DNA of 41,657 nt from IMG/VR virus record IMGVR_UViG_3300024520_000018; one strand, written 5' to 3'. Shown in pieces: positions 1 to 8,522 of the stretch; within the stretch, counting starts at the first letter, position 1; every line of letters begins with the position of its first letter. Origin of the DNA: a virus. The position numbers and the translations under genes are program-made. The notes under the pieces were generated by a model. The model was not told where the DNA came from and did no database searches. It saw only the letters and a program-made list of their open reading frames with translations.

Positions 1-127
1 AATTCTCTTTGAACTTTTCTGTTTCTTCTTTCTCAAGCCCTATTCCTATAATTTCTACTTTATCCCATATTTCCATTTTAAAGCCTCCTATTAAAAGAAA
101 TAAATAATAATAATATTTATACATTAA
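1..127. repeat. Terminal direct repeat, copy 1 (identical to 41531-41657); marks circular closure of the genome
   Basis: Compared by eye along the whole length: bases 1-127 equal 41531-41657. The repeat contains the 5' end and RBS of a minus-strand gene. Confidence 0.95.
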
Positions 128-144
128 TTATTAAACAATGTCAA
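116..144 (-). promoter_or_regulatory. sigma70-like promoter for the minus-strand early arm
   Basis: The minus strand reads TTGACA (144-139), 17 nt, TATAAA (121-116). It sits upstream of the GGAGG and ATG (76, equal to 41606) of the first minus-strand gene. Confidence 0.5.
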
Positions 145-157
145 ATATATTATTTAC

Positions 158-186
158 TTGACAAAAGTCATAAAAAACTATATTAT
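158..186 (+). promoter_or_regulatory. sigma70-like promoter for plus-strand early ORFs
   Basis: TTGACA (158-163), 17-nt spacer, TATTAT (181-186), about 40 nt upstream of the ATG at 229. It lies back-to-back with the minus-strand promoter. Confidence 0.55.
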
Positions 187-228
187 AGTTGTATTGTTTT
201 ATTAATTAATTTTATAAGGGGATAGGAT

Positions 229-804
229 ATGTCAATTGATGTTGAAAGATTTATGACTCTATCGTGTAAGGAAGGTTATTGTACGAGTGAATGGCAACTA
301 TCAGAATTAAAAAAGGAACTTGATGATATTTATAAGTCGGATGAGTACGCTTTTTTGTTCTATAGAACAATGGAGGAAGAAAAGGGATTCAATAGGAAGT
401 CAAGACAAGATAAAATAAATTTAAGTAAAAGAAAAGATACACTTGAATTACAAATAATGTTAATTAAAAGTATTATAGAAAAAATAGATAATAATGATAT
501 AAGAGAGAATCATTATCTTGATAGAAACTTAGAAGATAATCAAATCTGTTATTTTGCAGAAATTTATTATCAAGTTAACAATGTTTCAAGTAATGGAATG
601 AGCAGAGATATCTCTTTCTTTCTTTCCGTTAATTCTCAAGTGGTGAAATTGGATTTTTTAATGTCTAAAATTTTAGATATGAAACTATCAACTAATTGGA
701 GGGGAGGAATTAAGGTTAGAGGTTGCGGTATGGATATGGGATTTAAAATTATTAATGATTTACAAAATACTATTTTTATAAAGTTAAGACATAGACAAAT
801 ATAA
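229..804 (+). CDS. hypothetical early protein (191 aa), very AT-rich
   Basis: Long ORF directly downstream of a consensus promoter, with GGGGATAGG before the ATG. No family recognised. Confidence 0.6.
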   Translation: MSIDVERFMTLSCKEGYCTSEWQLSELKKELDDIYKSDEYAFLFYRTMEEEKGFNRKSRQDKINLSKRKDTLELQIMLIKSIIEKIDNNDIRENHYLDRNLEDNQICYFAEIYYQVNNVSSNGMSRDISFFLSVNSQVVKLDFLMSKILDMKLSTNWRGGIKVRGCGMDMGFKIINDLQNTIFIKLRHRQI

Positions 805-899
805 CTTTTTTCCTACAGTATTAATTCAGTTTTTATTCAGAATCATGTTGTATAATGTTTTGTAAGTTAATTATTAATCTTTTAATAGGAGGCTACGAA

Positions 900-1175
900 A
901 TGGATAAGCAAAATAAAAAGTATTATTTTGTAGCAACAAAAGAGGAAGAACTGGAAATAGGTAATAAGATATATAAACAATGGACTATAGATAACGCGAG
1001 TGGAAGCCCTCACGACTCAAGGAAAGACGCTATTAATGAAATGGAGGGTTTTATGGGGACTTATCCAACAAAATTAATCGTTGTTAAATCTAATGAATAT
1101 ATTAACTCAAGCAAGGAAGCGAATGAGGAAGTTATGGAGGAGGTAAACTATCAAATTGATGTATTGAATACTTAA
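900..1175 (+). CDS. hypothetical early protein (91 aa)
   Basis: In-frame ATG at 900 preceded by TAGGAGG. The track ORF starts at 855, but the first 15 codons have no RBS. Confidence 0.6.
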   Translation: MDKQNKKYYFVATKEEELEIGNKIYKQWTIDNASGSPHDSRKDAINEMEGFMGTYPTKLIVVKSNEYINSSKEANEEVMEEVNYQIDVLNT

Positions 1176-1187
1176 CCTTCACAAAAT

Positions 1188-1227
1188 GGGCTATCCCTAC
1201 CCTCCTAAATGGGTATGGGGATAGCCC
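1188..1227 (+). terminator. GC-rich hairpin after the early plus-strand ORFs (no clear U-tract)
   Basis: GGGCTATCCCTACCC (1188-1202) pairs with GGGTA-TG-GGGATAGCCC (1211-1227): 15 bp with a 2-nt bulge and an 8-nt loop. It is followed by a C7 run rather than a T-run. Confidence 0.4.
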
Positions 1228-1439
1228 CCCCATTATTCAATTGACCCCCAGCCAGCCTTAATAACAATACTGAACAGAGTGAAGTATTATATTAATCATT
1301 AAGACTTTGATTATTAACTCCTTATGTCCTATGTCCTATAGTAGTACCCCCCATGTGGTTCCCTATGTATGTTGATTGGTGTGTTGCTCAATGTATGGGT
1401 CCAAATCGTATTTTCTAGGGTTTATTTGGGGGCTTATGC

Positions 1440-1468
1440 TTGACTTTGTATATATCATAGTATAATAT
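1440..1468 (+). promoter_or_regulatory. sigma70-like promoter upstream of the epimerase block
   Basis: TTGACT (1440-1445), then TATAAT at 1461-1466 (15-nt spacer) or TAATAT at 1463-1468 (17-nt spacer). Confidence 0.4.
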
Positions 1469-1599
1469 CATGGGTACTTCATGTTGGAAATAGTGCATGA
1501 AAGGCGTTTTCTGTCTCCTTTTCGTCTTTTGTGCACTATGTATCTATTCTGCCCAGTTAATACCTCCTACATACCTTAAATGAAGCGAGAGGCACTCCT

Positions 1600-1776
1600 A
1601 TGGAAGAAGATGATGGCAATAGAACGTGTACAGTTTGCGATGGTCCCTTTGACATTATTGGAGAGGGCGGTATAGACGGATATATAGGAATTTTATCAGT
1701 AGCGTTCTGCCCTACTTGTTATGCAGGAATTGTGGATATGGTGCAACAACTGCATGGATTGGATGATGATGAGTAA
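1600..1776 (+). CDS. small Zn-ribbon-like protein (58 aa, below the ORF-track cutoff)
   Basis: My own translation is MEEDDGNRTCTVCDGPF...FCPTCYAGIVDMVQQLHGLDDDE, which carries CxxC...CxxC. Its stop overlaps the likely epimerase ATG (ATGAGTAA at 1769-1776). Confidence 0.45.
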   Translation: MEEDDGNRTCTVCDGPFDIIGEGGIDGYIGILSVAFCPTCYAGIVDMVQQLHGLDDDE

Positions 1777-2752
1777 TTATCTAGTTACAGGGGCATTTGG
1801 TTTCATTGGATCACACTTTGTAAATAAGATGTTGAAGGAAAACCATAAAGTAATTGGAATTGACTCCATGTCAACGGAATCTGATTTCTCTCTCAAACAA
1901 GAACGTCTTCACTTTCTGAACAACGCTGTCAAATACTTAGATAACAGTAATAAAAATCCTAGAGATTTTATGTTTATGGGGTTGGATTTGTCGGAAACCA
2001 GTTCCATAGAAAAATTGGGGCAGTTAAATGAAAAGATGAAGATAGATGCAGTCATTCATTTGGCAGGTAGTGCAGGGGTGAGGCGTTCGAATGAGGAACC
2101 AGCGAGGTATATACAGAATAATGTGATGTCTACAGTAAATTGTTTAGAATTTTGCCGAAAATTTTCGGTCCCCAAATTTGTATTAGCTTCCACTTCGAGT
2201 ATATATAGCGGTGCGAAGATGATTCCATTTATGGAACATGACAAAATAGGGAATATGTTGTCGGTATATGCGGAGTCAAAGAAGATGGCCGAAGAGGTCG
2301 GCTCCGTATATCACCGATTTCATGGGATTGATGTCTCTATATTACGTTTCTTCACTGTATATGGAGAAAAAGGCAGACCTGATATGAGTGTTAGCAAGTT
2401 TATTGACTGCATCAGCAACAATAAAGAACTGGTAATGTACGGAGATGGATCGCAATCAAGGGATTATACCCATGTACAGGACATTTGTGAGGGAATACAG
2501 AAGTCTTTGATATCCGTTGGATGCGAAATATTCAATTTAGGTAGAGATGAACCAGTCAGTGTCAAGGAAATTATAGAGAAACTAGAGAATATTATAGGGA
2601 AGAAGGCAAGTATACGTTCCGAACCAAGACATTCTTCCGATATAGACTGCACCAATGCCGATATATCGAAGGCGAAACGTATCTTAGACTGGACTCCGAA
2701 GATATCCATTGACGCTGGATTGAAAAGAGTATGGGAATATTATGGAAGATAG
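1769..2752 (+). CDS. NAD-dependent sugar epimerase (SDR), UDP-glucuronate 4-epimerase-like
   Basis: Motifs: LVTGAFGFIGSH (GxxGxxG), YAESKKMAE (YxxxK) and LRFFTVYGEKGRPDMSVSKF, which is typical of Cap1J/LpsL-type UDP-GlcA 4-epimerases. The track start at 1721 is probably too far upstream. Confidence 0.8.
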   Translation: MSNYLVTGAFGFIGSHFVNKMLKENHKVIGIDSMSTESDFSLKQERLHFLNNAVKYLDNSNKNPRDFMFMGLDLSETSSIEKLGQLNEKMKIDAVIHLAGSAGVRRSNEEPARYIQNNVMSTVNCLEFCRKFSVPKFVLASTSSIYSGAKMIPFMEHDKIGNMLSVYAESKKMAEEVGSVYHRFHGIDVSILRFFTVYGEKGRPDMSVSKFIDCISNNKELVMYGDGSQSRDYTHVQDICEGIQKSLISVGCEIFNLGRDEPVSVKEIIEKLENIIGKKASIRSEPRHSSDIDCTNADISKAKRILDWTPKISIDAGLKRVWEYYGR

Positions 2753-3044
2753 GTTTAATACACTCCTTGACGAGATGAAAAGGATCAACAGAGAGAAAAG
2801 ACACGACTACGCTAACAAGAAAGATGTCTTCGCTAACTTCAGAATATGCGAGTTGGGAGGTATTCCAGCTTGGAAAGGCTGTTTAGTACGCTTATCCGAC
2901 AAATTTAGTCGCATAATGCAATTTATGAAAGAAGAAAAGCTGGAAGTAAAAGATGAAAAGATAGAAGATACCCTCCTTGATCTAGCCAATTATTCCTTAA
3001 TTACCCTCATTCTGTACCAAGAAAGTAAAAACCGATCAAAATAG
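2742..3044 (+). CDS. DUF1599-like all-helical protein (nucleotide-modification-associated/MazG-like pattern)
   Basis: The pattern K-HDY...RLSDKFSRI...DEKIEDTLLDLANYSLI resembles the DUF1599 signature as I recall it (KxxDYg ... DKxxR ... DxxxDxxNY). Recognised by eye only. Confidence 0.45.
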   Translation: MEDRFNTLLDEMKRINREKRHDYANKKDVFANFRICELGGIPAWKGCLVRLSDKFSRIMQFMKEEKLEVKDEKIEDTLLDLANYSLITLILYQESKNRSK

Positions 3045-3067
3045 TCGCATTTCATTATTTATATTCC

Positions 3068-3096
3068 TTGCATTATTTTCATTTTTGTGTTATAAT
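3068..3096 (+). promoter_or_regulatory. strong sigma70-like promoter with extended -10, upstream of terS
   Basis: TTGCAT (3068-3073), 17-nt spacer, TATAAT (3091-3096), preceded by TGT (extended -10). Confidence 0.55.
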
Positions 3097-3138
3097 AGGA
3101 GTTCGATGGCGAAAGTTTAACGAAAATTGGAGTAAAAT

Positions 3139-3639
3139 GTGGCAAAATTAAACAAAAAGACTGGATTAGAGCCAAGAGAACAGAGATTTGTAGAGAATTA
3201 TCTAGAAAATGGTGGAAATGCCACAGATGCTGCTAAGAAAGCAGGATATTCTGATTCCTATTCCAGAAATGCTTCCAAGAATGTATTGGGGAAACCTCGT
3301 ATCAAGACCTACCTAGAGAAATTCTTCTCCAAACAAGGTATATCGGAACGTATGCACAGAGCATATATGCGTTTAGACCAAGCACTAGATGCCACTAGAC
3401 CTATGAAATTTGGTACTGGTGCAGGAATGACTGTCGAACACGTAGAAGATTGGCCTTCTAGGTTAGATGCTATCAATAAAATATTAAAGATTAAAGGGGA
3501 TTTCTCTCCAGAGCAACACGAACACGTTTTCCAAAGTATGTTTGAAGGGAAAAGTGAAGATGAGAAACAACAAATATTAGACGAAGCAGACCAAATACTG
3601 CGTGATGCACAAGATAAACCAGAATGGGAAGAAGAATAA
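3139..3639 (+). CDS. terS: terminase small subunit
   Basis: EPREQRFVENYLENGGNATDAAKKAGYSDSYSRNASKNVLGKPRIKTYLE is the Terminase_2-type HTH signature. GTG start. Located just upstream of terL. Confidence 0.8.
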   Translation: MAKLNKKTGLEPREQRFVENYLENGGNATDAAKKAGYSDSYSRNASKNVLGKPRIKTYLEKFFSKQGISERMHRAYMRLDQALDATRPMKFGTGAGMTVEHVEDWPSRLDAINKILKIKGDFSPEQHEHVFQSMFEGKSEDEKQQILDEADQILRDAQDKPEWEEE

Positions 3640-4223
3640 TGAAAAGTCTATATCAAAAAGCTGTAGAAAAATTCCCAGGAATAAGTGCAATCCCTGAAAA
3701 TCAAATGTCTGTTTACAATAATCCTTCTGAAGGAGGTTTTGTTGAATTTTTTCCTTGGAATGAAGATCGTAATCCAGATATTCCCTATAGAAAATATAGG
3801 CCTTTAGAAGAACCTATGAAAAATGCAGTAGAATTTAGGCGTGAAGGAATGAAATTACCACCTGAACAAAAGATAAATGTTTTTGGTGGAGAAAGTTTAC
3901 ACGCTATGGAGGAATATAGTCCAGAATGGAATAGACTTAAACAAAAACTAATACAAACATATCCAATGAGAGAGCAAGAAGGTATTCAGAATTGGATAAG
4001 ACAAAAACAAATAAAAAGAAAATCACCTTATGTAGAAAATAGACCTATAAAAGATTGGTTTAATCGTTCTTTTGTAGATGCAATAATAAGAGGAAACTTA
4101 ATTTCTGATCTTCCTAGACCAAAAGGAGCCCCTTCTGGAGATAATGAATGGAGACAATTTATAAGAACTCCAGAACAAAAGTTAGCAATAAAAGAACTTA
4201 AAAAAATATTAATGGGTAAATAA
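3639..4223 (+). CDS. hypothetical protein between terS and terL (194 aa), AT-richer than its neighbours
   Basis: ATG at 3639 overlaps the terS stop (TAATG). No family recognised. Confidence 0.6.
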   Translation: MKSLYQKAVEKFPGISAIPENQMSVYNNPSEGGFVEFFPWNEDRNPDIPYRKYRPLEEPMKNAVEFRREGMKLPPEQKINVFGGESLHAMEEYSPEWNRLKQKLIQTYPMREQEGIQNWIRQKQIKRKSPYVENRPIKDWFNRSFVDAIIRGNLISDLPRPKGAPSGDNEWRQFIRTPEQKLAIKELKKILMGK

Positions 4224-4898
4224 TTGCCTATCACTACAGTCGTTGAGGCAACGAAAGCGAAACTCGCTGCCGCTAGAGATGGGGCGTTAAAGTCTATTGA
4301 TCCAAAGATAAATGATGATGCGTTTCTTAACTTTCTAGCATTGGTGAAAACGAAAGACGAGAAAGACGAAGGGAAGGTTAAGTTATTCCCTCGAAAGAAG
4401 TATATTAAAGATTTAGCACATCTATTCCAACATGAAAAGTTGTTACTCGTTCCAAAAAGTAGGCAGATGACTATTAGTTGGTTAGCTGTTGCGTATTGTG
4501 TATGGAGAGCATATACGATGCCAAACCAATTAATACTATGGCAGTCGAAGAACTTCGATGACGCTGCTGCGATGGTATTCGATAGAGATGATCCACAAGT
4601 TGCGAGAGCCTCTTTCGTTTGTTGGCATTTGCCAGAATATATATTTGATCGCCCAAAACCTTCTCAAGGAAACCTTCTGTGGAACAATGGTTCTATAGTG
4701 AAGGCTATTAAACAGGGAGCAGACGTGATTCGTTCAAGGGCTGCCTCGGTTATCATCTCTGACGAGATGGGCTTTCAAGAAGAAGCTGCTAATGCGTATA
4801 TGGCTGCCAAACCAGCTATCACAGGTGGGGGACAGTTCATAGGTATCAGTTCAGCAAACGCAGGATTCTTTTGGGATTTAGTAGAGGATGTCGCATGA
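4224..4898 (+). CDS. terL: terminase large subunit, ATPase portion (N-terminal fragment)
   Basis: Deviant Walker A LLVPKSRQMTISW, Walker B VIISDEMGF and coupling motif GISSAN. The frame stops at 4896-4898. Confidence 0.75.
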   Translation: MPITTVVEATKAKLAAARDGALKSIDPKINDDAFLNFLALVKTKDEKDEGKVKLFPRKKYIKDLAHLFQHEKLLLVPKSRQMTISWLAVAYCVWRAYTMPNQLILWQSKNFDDAAAMVFDRDDPQVARASFVCWHLPEYIFDRPKPSQGNLLWNNGSIVKAIKQGADVIRSRAASVIISDEMGFQEEAANAYMAAKPAITGGGQFIGISSANAGFFWDLVEDVA

Positions 4899-5212
4899 TT
4901 ACAGTGGATTCAACAGTTATTAAATTAACAGTGGAAGGTGGAAGTCTTTCCGATTGGAATGGGGCTAATGGTATTGTTGCTGCAACGGAACACAATGGAA
5001 AATGGTTACTGGTAAATAGTAAGGGATTGATATTTTCCATAGACTTAGAGCAACTATCGCCACAACCAAAAGAAATAAAAGAAGAACCAATAGTAGTAGT
5101 AGAAGCAAAACCAATGGAACCAAAGGAACCAGCGAGAACAGTACCTAAACTGCCATCACAAAGAAAACGATATGCCACAACAAAACCAGGGTCTAACAGT
5201 AGCAAGGAATAA
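4895..5212 (+). CDS. ORF occupying the insert that splits terL (105 aa; Pro/Lys/Glu-rich C-terminus)
   Basis: ATGA overlap with the terL-N stop. It is in a different frame from both terL pieces and overlaps the terL-C start by 41 nt. No family recognised. Confidence 0.35.
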   Translation: MITVDSTVIKLTVEGGSLSDWNGANGIVAATEHNGKWLLVNSKGLIFSIDLEQLSPQPKEIKEEPIVVVEAKPMEPKEPARTVPKLPSQRKRYATTKPGSNSSKE

Positions 5213-6101
5213 AAATGGTTTTACTATAGCGAGAGTACACTATTCTGCCGATCCAGACAAAGCAAAGAAAGAATGGATAGCCAAAGAAAAGAAAGGTATG
5301 CCAGATTGGGCTTGGCGTAAGGAGTTTGAAATGGACCCATACGCTGCTAGCGGTAAACCTGTATTTCCTGAATTACCACATTGGGCAGAATATATACATA
5401 AACCATTACATCATGTAGTGAAAGATGGAATTATTCCTTCTTGGTGGCCTCGATATGCTGGATTTGATTGGGGTGGTTCTAACCCTAGTGCGTTTGAGTT
5501 AGCAACGATATCTCCTAGTGGCACGATTATATTCTATTGGGAGTATTATAGGGCGAAACAGAAACCACAAGAAATTAACGCTGCCATTCAAGCACACCCT
5601 GATTGGGAAGATTTGATATTTGTAGCCCACGATCCTTCTATGCGTAGTATGTTGCAGTGGGGAGGTGGCGTTGGTAAGGGAGATAGAGAACAAGTAAAAA
5701 CTTTGGGCGATATGTTTACTGAGTTTGGTTGGCCTCTAGTACCTGGTCGTGCTGGTGATGATGTAGCTTTTGCACAAGCATTGTATAAATCATGGCAAAA
5801 CTTAGAAGACCCCAAGGTAATTATCACTCATGCTTGTCCTAAACTTTGGTGGGAACTAAATCATCTTAGACATGATGAGTTGAATCAAGCACAGGTAATG
5901 AAAAAAAATGAACCAGAGCGTATCGTACAGAAAGATAACCATGCGTTTGACGCTATTAAATATTTAATACAAACACACCCTGCTGGACCAGATGGGGCAG
6001 AAATATGGGATAGCTTAACTTTGGAACAGAAAGTAAAACATCCAAAGAAATATCGAGATGAGGAAGAAGTGTATGATCCTTATTTAGGAGGATTAACTTG
6101 A
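5172..6101 (+). CDS. terL: terminase large subunit, nuclease portion (C-terminal fragment)
   Basis: RVHYSADPDK...WRKEFEMD, RYAGFDWGGSNPS, VAHDPS and NHAFDAIKYL are RNase-H-like terminase nuclease motifs. Same reading frame (mod 3) as 4224-4898. Confidence 0.75.
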   Translation: MPQQNQGLTVARNKNGFTIARVHYSADPDKAKKEWIAKEKKGMPDWAWRKEFEMDPYAASGKPVFPELPHWAEYIHKPLHHVVKDGIIPSWWPRYAGFDWGGSNPSAFELATISPSGTIIFYWEYYRAKQKPQEINAAIQAHPDWEDLIFVAHDPSMRSMLQWGGGVGKGDREQVKTLGDMFTEFGWPLVPGRAGDDVAFAQALYKSWQNLEDPKVIITHACPKLWWELNHLRHDELNQAQVMKKNEPERIVQKDNHAFDAIKYLIQTHPAGPDGAEIWDSLTLEQKVKHPKKYRDEEEVYDPYLGGLT

Positions 6102-6412
6102 TAGAACTGATTTTATCGGCATTATTTTGCTTTGTTTGCCTTTGCCTTCTCATTTTAAAAGAAAGAGAGAGGGATAAAGATAAGGAAAGACATTTTGCTG
6201 TACAAAAAGAATTGTTAGACAGAATTATGTCAAGGGATTATGGAGAGTTTGCTGCTGTTCAAAATCCTACAAACACACACGAATTAAATGGCGATAATTG
6301 GACTGCCTCTGAAGACGAAACTTCTATTTATTTACAGGCATTGGGAGAGGATTTACCTCCTAATTTAATGTCTGAATATAGTACAAATAAAGGTGATGTA
6401 GATGGAAGATAA
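6098..6412 (+). CDS. small membrane-anchored protein (104 aa)
   Basis: N-terminal hydrophobic helix LILSALFCFVCLCLLIL. TTG start overlapping the terL stop. Confidence 0.45.
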   Translation: MIELILSALFCFVCLCLLILKERERDKDKERHFAVQKELLDRIMSRDYGEFAAVQNPTNTHELNGDNWTASEDETSIYLQALGEDLPPNLMSEYSTNKGDVDGR

Positions 6413-8522
6413 GATCACACTTGATCCAACCACTCCTAGAGAGTTGCAAGACGAAATAGACCACACTAAAACAGAAAGTGGTGCTATGTCTATGGTACAA
6501 GAACGATGGGAAAAAGGCATGAATCGTATGCAACCCTATCATAGACAATGGTTTTTAAATATAGCATATTTACTTGGGTTTCAGCATTTAGTATGGCATC
6601 CAGCTAGGAATAGATTGTGGCTTCCCCCTTCAAGAAGAAGGCAAGTTCGCATGACATCTAACTTACTTATGTCATCTTACAGAATAAATTTAGCTAAATT
6701 GTCTGGTTTTGACACATTAGTTAGTGTATTACCTAACTCTAATGAACAAGAAGATGTAGATGCAGCACGTTTAGCCCAAAAAGTATGGTTTCATATTAAA
6801 AATGACGTACATTGGAGACAATTAAAGAGAAGGCTACTTGGTTGGGTCTTATCTTGTGGTAATGGGTTTGTTTTAACAGAATGGAACCCTAATGCTGGAG
6901 AAATGTTGTCGCAACCACAAGAAGAAGAAATAGAAGTAAGACAAGTCAATGAAGATGGAGAACCTATATTAGATCAAGAAGGAAATCCTATAATAGAAAG
7001 AAGAAAAGAAATTGTAGGAATAGATCAATATAGAACTGGCAAGGTGTCTATGAAACCATTGTCTCCTTTTTCTGTAATACCAATAGGAAGTGGTACAGAA
7101 TTAGAAGATTGCGATTCAGCGATTGTTGGAGAATGGTTATCTTTAGAAGAAATTAGAAGGCAATTTCCAGAAAAAGGAAAATATGTTGTTCCCGAAGTAA
7201 GAGACACCGCCTCTACGTTTGAAAAGTTTTTAGATGGATTAGTATCTCCTACAACATCACAAATCAATCCACAAGGATCAAGTGGAGAACCATCTGAAAA
7301 AGGGGCAGTAGTAAAAAGATATTGGCAAAAATCATCTCCAGAGTTTCCTAACGGAAGAATGATTATATGTGCCAATAATATAATGCTATTTATGGGAGAT
7401 AATCCTACTCCAAGAGACATTTATGGTGATAGGCCTATACCTATAATACATTATAGGGAAATTGATGTTCCTTTTCGTTTATGGGGAAGAAGTTCCTTAG
7501 AAGACCAAATACCAGATCAAAAAGCATACAATAAAGCGTTATCTATTATATTAGAGCATCATTCCTTGTTCAAAGGCAAATGGGTTGTTCCAAGAGGTGC
7601 ACAATTAAAAGAGTCTAATTTAGATTCTTCTGCTGATGAAGTAGTAGAAGCAATTCCTATTGCTGGCCAAATGCCGCACATGATTAACATCCATCCTCCT
7701 ACACCTACGTTGTTCAGTGTTTTAGAAAAACACAGACAAAATTTAATGGAACAATCTGGTGTGAGAGAAGTTTCAAGAGGGGCATTACCATCTGGTGCTA
7801 GAAGTGGTACAGCAATTCAATTATTGCAAGAATCAGATACAACACAAATAGCAACGACTGGAATAGATATTAGGGAAAACGATGCAAAAATAGCAAATAT
7901 AGCACTTATGATAGCAGCAGAAAGAATGGTTGTTCCTCAAAAAATTCGTATTGTTGGTAAAAATAATGAAGTAGATGTAGTGGAAAACTTTACAGGCGAA
8001 ATGTTAAGGGGAAATACACAGGTAGTGGCTGCTGGATCAAATGTTCCATTTAGTTTGGTTGCGAAAAAAGCAGAAATACTTGATATGGAACAAAGAGGTG
8101 CATTTATTAATCCAGACACTGGTAGAACCGATTGGCGTACTGTCATGGAGTTACTAGAATTTGGACAAACACAAGATGTATTCTCTGAGCAAGCACTTGA
8201 TGAAGCACAAGCAGAAACAGAAAACAGAGAAATGGTTAATGGAAATATGCCAATGGCTAAAAGATATCAAGACCATCAACTACACGTTAAGATACACAAC
8301 CGAAGGCGTAAAGCACCAGAGTACATTGATATGATTGCACAAAATCCACAAATAGACCAAATATACGAATTGCACTTACAACAGCATGGTGCATTTTTAA
8401 CGGAACAAATAAGAGCAGCACAACAAGCTGCTCAAATGGGAGCCGAAGGCACTCAAGAGAAAGTTCAAGATGATCAGTTTGCTACCCCTAACGAGGGAAT
8501 ACAGCAAGGAGGCCCAATGTAA
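6402..8522 (+). CDS. portal protein
   Basis: 706-aa ORF immediately after terL, with size and position typical of portals. Called from context and general sequence character, not a specific motif. Confidence 0.7.
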   Translation: MEDKITLDPTTPRELQDEIDHTKTESGAMSMVQERWEKGMNRMQPYHRQWFLNIAYLLGFQHLVWHPARNRLWLPPSRRRQVRMTSNLLMSSYRINLAKLSGFDTLVSVLPNSNEQEDVDAARLAQKVWFHIKNDVHWRQLKRRLLGWVLSCGNGFVLTEWNPNAGEMLSQPQEEEIEVRQVNEDGEPILDQEGNPIIERRKEIVGIDQYRTGKVSMKPLSPFSVIPIGSGTELEDCDSAIVGEWLSLEEIRRQFPEKGKYVVPEVRDTASTFEKFLDGLVSPTTSQINPQGSSGEPSEKGAVVKRYWQKSSPEFPNGRMIICANNIMLFMGDNPTPRDIYGDRPIPIIHYREIDVPFRLWGRSSLEDQIPDQKAYNKALSIILEHHSLFKGKWVVPRGAQLKESNLDSSADEVVEAIPIAGQMPHMINIHPPTPTLFSVLEKHRQNLMEQSGVREVSRGALPSGARSGTAIQLLQESDTTQIATTGIDIRENDAKIANIALMIAAERMVVPQKIRIVGKNNEVDVVENFTGEMLRGNTQVVAAGSNVPFSLVAKKAEILDMEQRGAFINPDTGRTDWRTVMELLEFGQTQDVFSEQALDEAQAETENREMVNGNMPMAKRYQDHQLHVKIHNRRRKAPEYIDMIAQNPQIDQIYELHLQQHGAFLTEQIRAAQQAAQMGAEGTQEKVQDDQFATPNEGIQQGGPM

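Noticed and set aside
4899-5171. Intein in the large terminase
   Set aside because: The insert is not in frame with the flanking terL pieces and contains stop codons in that frame. It is also far too short for a homing-endonuclease-containing intein. An intron, a split gene or recoding remain possible (see finding).
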